In this document: one piece after another, positions 33,401 through 38,797 of the stretch
Layout: each line of letters opens with the position of its first letter
Position numbering within the stretch: position 1 is the stretch's first letter
Origin: an uncultured virus (IMG/VR IMGVR_UViG_3300042298_001940)
Taxonomy: Duplodnaviria; Heunggongvirae; Uroviricota; Caudoviricetes
Reading direction: 5' to 3' (one strand)
IMG/VR virus record: IMGVR_UViG_3300042298_001940
DNA length: 64,000 nucleotides
Translations under genes and position numbers: made by a program
The notes under the pieces: model-generated
Databases searched by the model: none
What the model saw: only the letters and a program-made list of their open reading frames with translations
What the model was told of the DNA's origin: nothing

Positions 33401-33560
33401 TAAGAACAAAAAACCAACGGTAAAGCCAATGAAGCTGACGGATATTCCGAAGATTCGTCCGCTATCTAGACAAACCCCAAAGACCAATACCCCAACAACC
33501 AAATCCCCCAGTATCAAGGAACAGGCAACCACGCCATTAAAAGCTCCGTCTGGTTTTTAG
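21420..33560 (+). CDS. giant polyvalent virion protein (4046 aa): DEDDy exonuclease domain, putative N4-like virion RNA polymerase core and zincin-like domain
   Basis: YDIET (D598/E600), GNSFDL (D688), YADND (Y804/D808); QKGRW (R1245), DYSYHG (D1322), RKEFLKGIITPSMYSAG (K1432-x7-Y1440); EELVH (2664) and DEFLAH. Confidence 0.65.
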   Translation: MPCSIDQLKHIADRLLKQGYSEEEVTSVVTLISKRDLDSDLSKKIDSLVTNPITTEDQDFLRKSVATMIANVDKVVTGGSILRLDELLSRVLPAEDVTRVKELIKKIRIADGNVDLFSISYIEDIDNLIEMNRNLGRESILPMLFDRRDKAVQKMNESRRYEDTKEGNKRRERDEALNKINQLKHLLNYVEYVINMTTPKGTSNKVKRYLTAKEKIKSLQKSLKTERSLVKRFKAGVKGFKETNQRIKELEKELSDAKQEEQVAFEDIVNDKFLELSDGKKTIKLKSVAKAQEQIKNAIEREAKKVDGFGVEEISKLTAAATKSLAEKLVQERIASRNIKATVERMNKLVDFYEEEKEKAGETRDAIDHIFMGTIVGKAVVERWLRKNRTKKAEDGSMEVDRRPLSVLAAKDIINEWKALAWFGVQEGTFSDDVATAVDSELALLESMVNSSGVANPLSMDVNNMRVKQDRTGAEAAMMTNIGVIPEENKAQTARQLSSWLEYTIRGLYSLRASPFYNGTVTSKAIDMVLHPKLYDLTINSDSLGLVSGKKRKMNQPSKAMYLGRMKELLKDLGIEDPESLPEFKPDFSTNRNAISYDIETDPVDKGTSNPTKIISMQIRVQDIDSGAEPVSYVFTNADDSKPPVNNLTVDGPKKPLTKQQIEWVLRFMEEYQNKGFKLVTFAGNSFDLGKLNNPAFVDDAKLVTRIALRSYDLQRNLGFHNKERRKGGKYFSSKPKNAGLKSIAKNNLPDSRTVTEDGRYVVTNGAVYELGEGGVEVEILGKEAEENFNKANLDNDWAKFNLYADNDVITTLDLFNYFITNAQTNVSIVDEIDSGLSYSIMINRPQSNMMLPLDDNNTNSITFSELMSSFTDVDSRIKEFSHDVEYVEEMDINLDKLISLLETWYIQALSMDPESKDKLNQLQKALTDTINTETIVQQTGKKVADRMAKAVKESAKENFARFGYVLAINTDENGNPRLDTEDEHSLFLPADSETVYVENLVEAFVDALKTSRSLDSVEKEMVEKFNIRSRQQHEEPSVYFQRFLTQVLNTYFPINALSDFGNGNVDWHPARDVGVALAHVFTNRKEGMSLVDVKTMMGTQGFSGRQFAAEEATNRGVPRFFLLDGTNFASPWGITEEALIYDNFRLLSRMKDIMERDLTEEEMKDIEKWATTKEDSDPEVALSVFRRGAVPTVFPKVTSRAAYDFLPSLSERELMGQEFLFDIPRLMMFINHDAFYTPLAQKGRWLQDGSIYYAEDFFTAGAPTAKMILSGAIDHIAWLVSFDKLNPNNKNLDKVLRKALSDGIDAVIADPTVQDSANKNDYSYHGVHIQLMLLLSASGEQDVFDKFLEELTKKLDTEQEADVRKNFEQFKKENDPRNKLNDMLIDLLEQAKNNREQFKGLFNLSEDQTNAFLELLPFLEDPTPKRKEFLKGIITPSMYSAGYQGIFKGILAKADSAGLTNITERHASVVAKIVTNKIKDENARYVDKAIGIYGKTKQGKDKKQVIIDVLWGMSARIDEAKIKENAFKNFNNEVDAKKRIDSAVAYLKTFIRLMVDQSMSKAGKNEDDIKKEREAKINELSDKYQERMNKAAAIMAKHDMRDPDVRNDPKIQDEINIALMGDKRSYHTHLMLHTIARRAATPFKLLADKETMEMHSAYAGQHIDEADVTPFMSKTLFNAMGLELASGRHHMFGNYEWGPQGSKAAQIRVLHGSDKNELGIWDIEEVYKNTERNKAYREAYVRQIMLDLAPNYYPPGYDPETESMESFFDAMNKRSRLERAAQVRAQNTLDINRIIDRNDPNARKISDTAEKLEENNFKSRLGWIRGNYQRDRSKPIVLDPTVSGLAALRPRHANIDYTQRGMYALIGMMKTREIEQTEMFKRNKLVQEAPKDGDPNNIIPKTMRGFVKTTDKRNMPYVPHQSGNMITSLTISPNREVEIEAVRLRNTLTNFAVDNGLEDMLKKGEWTRLWMIKEWRRQGLEGAIYSMKNQNKSDLSSMMLSRIKMYEAIFKLMGTNARAYSPEKTYSTLDLMAKPEDVSFTADEIDELRKNFPDGLRYLDLLRHISGRFDRLTGLANNRPLVAVPGIIARGNPGLIVNEPALRSLSAFSIENNNNISMMLIMTDVFQEEAEKEYKDDPSIPRDSAGNIALSMIPADKNKSMKIFERVLARANDVASEWGTRKDIVMVFSPEQLEEYNNTQKEVAKQGENQLTLQMPLTSSTHVFNQVSNPDTLWYFTPDMVIQFLNSLRNDDPITNYELGWQTRKTVGFVRTDADILVMEEQNQLMDNLGRSVDLSHQALVLLHTLDPSPDNNTLLYQNNYRKLDNMGNPTMTLDATAYLGSSFEINLEIDGTEQSIAISLETAMFATDILSAITRARKLGMYEEANKLSLFLYNELTEPSVDISKDATKINPTKDIVIKAAVLKSRLDGLNNVPVYRIREIIMSTLQTEISAEDAKNAFEMAHDVSRLIQKIADTNPDQNQKMNYVANALLSRREMAEEGVENDSSLQGMIIQAVGAKDTPQERSKAMRALYIAQQDLSTVPEDRPFGHLPWDARKDVARFADQDEFIRAFGDSGRGIVDQLNGMVSMGYMSRRVADMKMILIGSLAIVNPDILSDLSLDASEFDGQTYARMAKQNGKYSIGVNIKAMETTPENEMLLKFAEELVHLARVKYMADGSEEYKRIQAVFRLPNSEGMIREMLLAMHNGKPYAAIEQDVQYAMDNTDEFLAHWGAVVLLSETVYSPDTLVKLEAKYAPVEMTSNWFKRAFFKIKNIAIRALNMMSQMSLDRKYSDSFNEMYDVMQGLIGQGLTDRRDVGNPDMAFNAVFSIKTDQVQVTPGMYMDMRVAVFEKNRLNGRIRAGDATPADETQLRTIEDTLNDPKANPLGIMGMTLSQVVEEMENISRSESGNIVRIKNGSLANRAILQKAMTHYFGQRGTRVDNSGTLGGTIRNMFRGADDFISLQIQNRLLQSFNNSNLTYNSPEAILVFISDAIDNTAVTTQSSYMPSQTQGGFEAHKEGLKLYVNDIIHTALGIQHKHKEQANIDAIHRNAGLIAAGLPLDASFTNPDMIEDAKRLGNKIKLFNNQLRSKLVESRIKDTGDNLDAIGLKLVKSTQLEQEQRDMGYNAVVNAMRAKYLNNLDNDRLDSIVNPFMMYIAGLLVNPSSDKNSLQSAEFRNEIIKFTKNPNNAAINAKEASIKNLVNMAMVIRLQKEKQMYPSRTIGDIQTKVARDPFYLNEEIIEASNRFIVATRENSSRFNTAFNNLTNTEIQLIHAAVREVVATREGDESSLVATRIKEIKSNKESFGYYQGKSNYYPRRTDLSNPMFILADQFLGKLGSTAYLFLNSGPDLTYADIFLNPIGIDPRDQQYLQRMFDDDIPTIQQSLMRGQGYDAIQRIIVQKMTGIEGAYFSISQLIDMFETEVQARGLAHNNMRVQNFDNRRDDHREQTLLNGLQKLRVANSKAKEVLGVREENQPLIDAINKYGPIATTLAYGPNAALATTLVEGTMGALESVLQGAAGGMATSPITFLFEAFKMNMDSSLRTVQKIVDRRDGRTSFFNVDPYLLSKTAENALWMMEETTSPQIPGQLTVNALSADEKANMNTFDRFMAFSRRAYSDPMRSLRVAAENQANRGVVERLRDGSLVRLRDSVNRILRDNPSPSNEVLREVLRDAGVRMDVELMLIYVRSGIFVPGRIEALQYTMSQAPTKTNRIMYQVMADIEADLRLGTTYDGVTITPSLMHDARLSMATLSKAYANLSIVMDHPLDGTAASDGLSVVLTFYKSYPTLFMAQQIYRRGSVAPAFRHGIRLLTHAMLDMIYNILLALASGWYKWEELMERIEKGNINYTELAKLVLRYPVFSMNKVGLVSQLLVTLATDKMNKNSIISSVGEQAIINTFFNMGKAVESYYYWATGQVSKEHPGVATYAALRGFLSAVPGNTLIRIILEQSFGQSGTTGTATRLPAALMRQVDMVSDERPMKEFVRTLFPDGVKNKKPTVKPMKLTDIPKIRPLSRQTPKTNTPTTKSPSIKEQATTPLKAPSGF

Positions 33561-33720
33561 AAAATCAACTAATACCAAATCGACTTAGGGGTCGAGAATT
33601 TTCGTGGGGGTAATAGTAGCTTATGGTAGGCTATTAACCCCCCGTACCCCCTTCTTTAGGGATAAGGGATGTTAGCTGCTGCTAACACCGTACCTATGCG
33701 GACCATAGGACCAACGCCAC
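33561..33720. other. probable genome end/start junction (terminal-repeat region)
   Basis: non-coding, G/C runs (CCCCCCGTACCCCC) and hairpins; abrupt switch from late virion genes to GC-rich early-type genes. Confidence 0.45.
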
Positions 33721-33744
33721 CAAGTGTGGCAGAAAGGGCCAACC

Positions 33745-34095
33745 ATGGCCAGCACCTATTCCTTCGATAAGAAGGAATACAAGACTCTCGGTACGGACTA
33801 CGGTTCGTGCCGAGAAGTAAACCTGGACGAAGCCGTCAAGGTCTACGGCGAAAGCCTTCGACTGGTGGTTGCGATGTCAGTCGCAACCAATTCGGGTCGC
33901 GTGGTCCTTGCAAGGACCCACGCGAAGTGCCAGGGGAAGTGGGTGGAGCTGGAACTCAGGTTGCTGTTGATGAGGTTTTCATCAGACAAGGTCTGTGTGG
34001 AAGTCCTCGAAGACATCATCGTCCCCGAAACGGAAGGATTCACCGAAGGGATGGACTTCCGCCAAAGAGACAGGTTTAACATCATAGGGTGTTAA
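33745..34095 (+). CDS. hypothetical early protein
   Basis: GAAAGG RBS, ATG 33745, GC3-rich codons. Confidence 0.7.
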   Translation: MASTYSFDKKEYKTLGTDYGSCREVNLDEAVKVYGESLRLVVAMSVATNSGRVVLARTHAKCQGKWVELELRLLLMRFSSDKVCVEVLEDIIVPETEGFTEGMDFRQRDRFNIIGC

Positions 34096-34103
34096 ACCAG
34101 CCA

Positions 34104-34169
34104 AGCCCTACTGTCGCTCCCTCCTAGGTAGGTCCCTAGGAGGGAGCTTTCAGTTGCGCTTTGCAACAA
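34104..34169 (+). repeat. intergenic structured repeat, copy 1 (RNase III site or hairpin promoter candidate)
   Basis: AGCCCTACTGTC-[13-bp stem]-TTTCAGTTGCGCTTTGCAACAA; repeated at 34376-34438. Confidence 0.85.
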
Positions 34170-34213
34170 GGTGTACCTGTGCACCAACGCACCACAGGAA
34201 GAAAGGACATGGA

Positions 34214-34375
34214 ATGTTCTACTACAAGGTGATGAACGAGTTCGGTATGTTCGTGGATTCGGAGTCCTTTGAGACCGCCGAGGCCCGCGACAAGGCGTTG
34301 GCCTTGAAGAACTTTGACTCGTACTACACTATCTGGGTTGGCCAGGACGGCCAGCCCGCCAAGCAAATTCAGTAA
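34214..34375 (+). CDS. small hypothetical early protein (53 aa)
   Basis: GAAAGGA RBS, ATG 34214; lies between the two repeat copies. Confidence 0.7.
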   Translation: MFYYKVMNEFGMFVDSESFETAEARDKALALKNFDSYYTIWVGQDGQPAKQIQ

Positions 34376-34438
34376 AGCCTTACTGTCGCCCCCCTAGGAG
34401 AAATCCTAGGGGGGCTTTCAGTTGCGCTTTGCAACAAC
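34376..34438 (+). repeat. intergenic structured repeat, copy 2
   Basis: AGCCTTACTGTC-[GCCCCCCTAGGA-GAAA-TCCTAGGGGGGC]-TTTCAGTTGCGCTTTGCAACAA. Confidence 0.85.
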
Positions 34439-34499
34439 CCTGGCTTGTGGGGATCACAAGCAAACAAATCTTGGCAATGCCAAGAGAAAGGTAGATTCC

Positions 34500-36299
34500 A
34501 TGTCTATCATGGATCTGATGGGCGAAAGCCTCAAGGTGGTGTTCGGTGGTCGTTCGATGTCTTTCGCCACTGCGGCGATGAACGCGATGAAGATCGCGTC
34601 AGCCGTGGAGACGGAGGCGAACGAGCAGACCAGCAAAACCTGGGAACGCAGCAAGATGATGCTGCAAGAGCTGATCAGAGCGGGTGTGCTTCACACCACC
34701 CAGATCAGCAACCCGACCACGGGATTGGCGCAGACCTACTGCGCCTTCACGGAAGGCTTCGCCCTGCGTGAGTTCCGTAGGGAGCCATCTATCAAGGAAG
34801 AGGATCTCCTCACCACCGCTCGGACGGCGGGTGTCCTCAGCTACCTCGGTAGCTGCGGTATTCGCATCAACCCCGAGGTTGTGGCGTTCATCCGCCGCAA
34901 CAAGGATCGGTACGAGAAGACCGACTCCATGGGACGGAAGGTCACGCCTCCGTCCCTGTTCCTCAGGGACGCACAGTCCTTGGAGAACGAGGAGGATGAT
35001 CGCCCGATCTTCATGGACTACAAGAGTCCTGACAACAGGCGGTTCTACGCTCTCCACAATCGGTTCACCCATCAGGGTGCCGAGTGGATGCGCGCCTCTG
35101 TCGATGCGGCTGAGGAGAAGCCGATCAAGCCAGAGGACATCGATGATGCGTTCATCATCGTGACCAAGGAGACGGGCGTGACCCGTACCAACTGGCGGGC
35201 CATCCTCAAGGACGAGTCCCTGTGCTTCACGGGCAAGCACCTGGGCCTCAAGACCAGCAAGCCCGCAGCGGTGTACCGTGCCGCAATCTTCTTCAGGGAG
35301 ATCCTGGAGAAGGGACGTTCTGGGTACATCATCCAGCAGGACCAGACCTGTTCGGGGTTCCAGATCATCGCCATGCTGCTGGCGTGTCGGAACCTGATGA
35401 CGCTGACTAACCTCAATGGTGGCGAGGAGCAGGACTTCTACACTGCTTCGTCGGATCTGGCCAGGGGCATGTATTCGGGTGAGTTCTTCCCCGAGTGCTT
35501 GTTCATCCGCAGCGGCGCGAAGTACTTCGTGCTTCGCATCGGCTACGGCGCGGCCACATCCTCGCTGGCACGGGGTCTCATCCTCGCCAACCCGCAGGAG
35601 AGTCCCGTCCAGTACCTCACCGAAGAGGGGGCGTTCATCCCTGGAGTCCTCGACAAGCTCCCGATCCAGGACTTCAACGAGGACTACTACGAGATGTGGA
35701 AGGATCTCGGATGGAAGAGGGCGGTGGAAGTCTCACAGCAGACCTCCAAGGCGTACTACGGGGCCATCATGCAGATCAGCCCCAAGCTGCGTTGGTTCCT
35801 GTCCAGCATGAAGCTGGCGAACAGGATTGCCCTTGAGCGGGGCGAGTTCCTGTCGTGGGAGCCGATCCCAGGCGAGGTCAAGAAGAATGTCCGCTACACG
35901 GCGGACTGGAAGGCCAAGCCCCGCAAGGTGCAGTTCTTCGACAAGAACGGGAAGGAGTTCTATGTGAACATCCACCCGTTTGAGAAGGATGCGGCGGCAA
36001 GTGCGGCCCCGCCGTGCTATGTGCACTCCTTTGATGGTGCGACCATCATGCTGGTGGTGGAGATGTGCAAGGAACTCGGTATCCCCGTGTTCCCGATCCA
36101 CGACTCCATCGGCACCACGGTGGACAACTTCAAGAAGGTGAAGGAGATGTGGCTCAATGCCACGCGGCACATCTTCTGCTACGGTCCCTCTCCCTTCTGG
36201 GATGTCGTCAAGAAGTACAACCTCCCAGTTCCCGCGTCACTGTTCCCCAACGGGCACCCAGAGCCCATCGATGTCTGGGGCGAGCATTTCATGGGTTGA
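34500..36299 (+). CDS. compact single-subunit (T7/N4-family) DNA-directed RNA polymerase, ~599 aa
   Basis: DNRRFY (DxxGR-like), motif A DQTCSGFQ, motif B RSGAKYFVLRIGYG (Rx3Kx7YG), PPCYVHSFDG, motif C IHDSIG; GAAAGG RBS before ATG 34500. Confidence 0.88.
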   Translation: MSIMDLMGESLKVVFGGRSMSFATAAMNAMKIASAVETEANEQTSKTWERSKMMLQELIRAGVLHTTQISNPTTGLAQTYCAFTEGFALREFRREPSIKEEDLLTTARTAGVLSYLGSCGIRINPEVVAFIRRNKDRYEKTDSMGRKVTPPSLFLRDAQSLENEEDDRPIFMDYKSPDNRRFYALHNRFTHQGAEWMRASVDAAEEKPIKPEDIDDAFIIVTKETGVTRTNWRAILKDESLCFTGKHLGLKTSKPAAVYRAAIFFREILEKGRSGYIIQQDQTCSGFQIIAMLLACRNLMTLTNLNGGEEQDFYTASSDLARGMYSGEFFPECLFIRSGAKYFVLRIGYGAATSSLARGLILANPQESPVQYLTEEGAFIPGVLDKLPIQDFNEDYYEMWKDLGWKRAVEVSQQTSKAYYGAIMQISPKLRWFLSSMKLANRIALERGEFLSWEPIPGEVKKNVRYTADWKAKPRKVQFFDKNGKEFYVNIHPFEKDAAASAAPPCYVHSFDGATIMLVVEMCKELGIPVFPIHDSIGTTVDNFKKVKEMWLNATRHIFCYGPSPFWDVVKKYNLPVPASLFPNGHPEPIDVWGEHFMG

Positions 36300-36321
36300 A
36301 TCAACCAGAAAGGACAGCACA

Positions 36322-36810
36322 ATGCAAGTCAAGATCAAGTCCATCGGCAAGCGCGTGGCAGACCTCAACGCCGAGGTCGGCCACATCCCAGGTACCGAGT
36401 CGGGTACCACCCAGGTCTTCGTCCGCGAGGGGGACAAGATTAAGGTTCTCATCGATCTCAAGGACAAGAGCACCAAGTCTGCCTTCTGGCAGAAGAAGTT
36501 GGTGCAGAACGAGAACGGGTTGTTCGTTCTCATGAGCAGCGAGACCCCAGCTCAGGTCTTCGGCCATGAGTTGGTCATGGAGAAGAAGGACACCCAGTAC
36601 CGTCTGGGTGTCAAGGTGACCGACAAGGAGGGCACCAAGCTCGGTGTCTTCTACGGTCCCGTCACCAACAGCCCCGAAGAGGCCAAGAGGCTGTTCTGGT
36701 CCACATGGAACATGAAGGAACTCAATCCCTTCATCCCCGCAGATCGCAAGACGGTGCATCTCCGTCTTGCCGTCATGGGGTACCGCACTCAGGAGGTGGC
36801 CTCCTTCTGA
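36322..36810 (+). CDS. hypothetical early protein (162 aa), possible RNAP accessory factor
   Basis: GAAAGGA RBS, ATG 36322, same GC3-rich codon style as the compact RNAP; the function is inference only. Confidence 0.75.
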   Translation: MQVKIKSIGKRVADLNAEVGHIPGTESGTTQVFVREGDKIKVLIDLKDKSTKSAFWQKKLVQNENGLFVLMSSETPAQVFGHELVMEKKDTQYRLGVKVTDKEGTKLGVFYGPVTNSPEEAKRLFWSTWNMKELNPFIPADRKTVHLRLAVMGYRTQEVASF

Positions 36811-36830
36811 CAGAATAGATAGAGCAGCAT

Positions 36831-37066
36831 AACCCCTTCGGGGTTTCTTGTGCCCCCTTCGGGGTACAATGCTATCCCTTCGGGACCTACGCCCTTACGG
36901 TAATGTCCCCTTCGGGGCCTTCGCTACCCCTTCGGGACCTTCGCTGCCCCTTCGGGAAGGTGGGTCACTATCATCAGTGGGTATGCCCCTAGGGGGCTTT
37001 AGACCCTTCGGGACCCCTACGGGTACCCTTCGGGCGTTAGAACGCCGTATAGGCGATCCTAGGGGC
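36831..37066. repeat. array of CCCTTCGGG mini-hairpins
   Basis: exact copies at 36834, 36855, 36876, 36908, 36928, 36948, 37004 and 37026, plus variants; mostly 20-22 nt spacing. Confidence 0.92.
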
Positions 37067-37328
37067 ATTAAAATGCATGTGGTAACCTCTTTGGGAACGT
37101 GTTTCCCTTTGGGGTTACCTGTTTTTCCCCTTGGAACTGCCATAACATGTCATGTGACTGCCATTTCATGCCATATTGGCACACCCACGCCCCGCGCACG
37201 CGAGATCCCAACACCAACGCGCCTTCGGCGTGCGGGCAACTCTAAGTTGCCCTTGTTGAGAAAATGTCGGGGTGATTGTTCACGGCGCGTATACTGTGAC
37301 AATGACCCCCATTGCGAAAGGACAGAGA

Positions 37329-37589
37329 ATGGCAGACATCAATGAGGCAGCCGCAAAGTTGGCGGCATTCGGAGTAACCGTGACCACCCAGCCCGTAAAG
37401 CGGGAGACACGGGTGGTCGATCCGCTCAACCGAGCTATCGGTCTCTTGGCTGCGGCCAAGAACCCCAACCTGAGCGAGGAGAGCCGAGCAGCCGCCATGG
37501 CCCGCCTTGGTGCCCTGCTCGACAGCCAGCCTGAGCTGGCATCCAGCGTGTCAGCTGTAGCTGAAAAGCAAGCCAACAGCGGTCGCTAA
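37329..37589 (+). CDS. hypothetical protein (86 aa)
   Basis: GAAAGGA RBS before ATG 37329. Confidence 0.75.
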   Translation: MADINEAAAKLAAFGVTVTTQPVKRETRVVDPLNRAIGLLAAAKNPNLSEESRAAAMARLGALLDSQPELASSVSAVAEKQANSGR

Positions 37590-38500
37590 ACTCCACTAGG
37601 GGAGTATAAAGTAGTTAAGCCTAGTGCGTCCCCGTGGCAACACGGGGGGTCCCGACTGCTACAACCGTGGCAACCGTAGACTTGAAACACCTACGGCAAC
37701 TATTGCCAGTTTCAACGGTCAAGGGCTAACTTATATGGAATACCTAAACCCACATTCCATACATGGCAGGGTAAATAGGGTTACATGGGGCCTCCTAGCG
37801 GAAACGCTAGGTGGTCTTTTCCTTCCCAGCTACTGTTGCTTAGGGCTGGGGTCGGAAGGATTAACAAGCAACTGCAAACACAGGAATGAGCCCAACTGTG
37901 TTAAGATTTGGAGGCTCCCATGCTTCTTAGTGGGAAACCATTAAGAAGTATTTCTCCTCGTAAGAGGAAGGCCCATAAAAAATTGGCAATTCTGGGCACC
38001 GCAAGCAACCTAGCCCATAGGCGGTATATAAATAGTGGGACACCCTTTTGTTGTGGGTTTGGGAATGATCACCCCAAGCCAACCGAGCCTGAATATGCTC
38101 TGGTCATCAAAACTATTTTGGACTTAGGGTAAGTGGATGTCCCTAGGCGTACTTTGATACGCGCAACCATAAAACCTTGGGAATACCAATGCATGGGTCT
38201 GCTGATAACCCCGTAAGTTTTCCAAAAGGTGAGAAGAACCTCACAACGCCATGTCAGATCAGGAATCTTGGCACGAACTTAACGCAGCCATCCATATCCA
38301 TAGGGTATGGTAGATGGGGTTGTATAGGACTCTACAGGAATTTCCTTGTAGATACGCCGCCTAATTAGCGGTACACTCTAGTTCTGCACTAGAGGGTGAT
38401 ACTCTCCTGAGTGCAGCAGGAGCGGATATGGTTGCTGGCAAGCCATGTCTGTATAAAAGCCACCGTGTTACTCCGAGCGGGCAATTCGGAGTTCCTTATA
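37590..38500 (+). ncRNA. candidate large structured non-coding RNA
   Basis: ~900 nt with no RBS-supported ORF; more than 15 stem-loops, several capped by GNRA tetraloops on the + strand. Confidence 0.55.
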
Positions 38501-38502
38501 AG

Positions 38503-38541
38503 ATGTACTTTAGTGTACAGAGTGCGCCTTTACAGGAGACA
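38503..38541 (+). promoter_or_regulatory. 39-nt repeated leader (promoter/RBS candidate), copy 1
   Basis: ATGTACTTTAGTGTACAGAGTGCGCCTTTACAGGAGACA; 33/39 identical to 38798-38836. Confidence 0.6.
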
Positions 38542-38545
38542 AACA

Positions 38546-38785
38546 ATGCACCTTTATGATTATGTTTTCAACGATAGGGATGCTACATTTTGGCACAAGT
38601 CCTATAAGGATTGCCTCAAGAACTTGGAAAGCGCAGAGACTTTGAACGACACTCTTCGCAAGAAGATCTCTGAACTTGAGTATAAGTTGATCAAGTATGA
38701 GGCAAACCAACTGTACAATACCCTGTGTATGCAAGGCAAGTACGATGACGCAAGGGTTGTTCATGAATTGATCACCCGCATCTAA
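38546..38785 (+). CDS. hypothetical coiled-coil protein
   Basis: AGGAG RBS, ATG 38546. Confidence 0.7.
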   Translation: MHLYDYVFNDRDATFWHKSYKDCLKNLESAETLNDTLRKKISELEYKLIKYEANQLYNTLCMQGKYDDARVVHELITRI

Positions 38786-38797
38786 CTGAAGAAACAA

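Noticed and set aside
34422..34499. TTG start for the compact RNAP (and the equivalent at 34154)
   Set aside because: It lies inside the repeated non-coding element; the RBS supports ATG 34500 (and 34214).
36826..36848. Resemblance to the start of the T7 T-phi terminator (GCATAACCCCTT)
   Set aside because: Short match only, and the rest of the T-phi stem is absent; treated as the first unit of the array.
36831..37066. CRISPR array
   Set aside because: Repeats are only ~9-11 nt with ~10-nt, partly repeated spacers, and no cas genes are present.
37177..37195. Sigma54 promoter (TGGCAC)
   Set aside because: No TTGC -12 element at the required spacing.
36848..37345. 165-aa ORF across the hairpin array
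   Set aside because: TTG start without an RBS; the Pro/Gly-rich translation is a by-product of the DNA repeats.
37624..38368. ORFs 37624-37944, 37908-38132 and 38177-38368
   Set aside because: GTG/TTG starts without an RBS and no protein-like features; the region is better explained by RNA structure.
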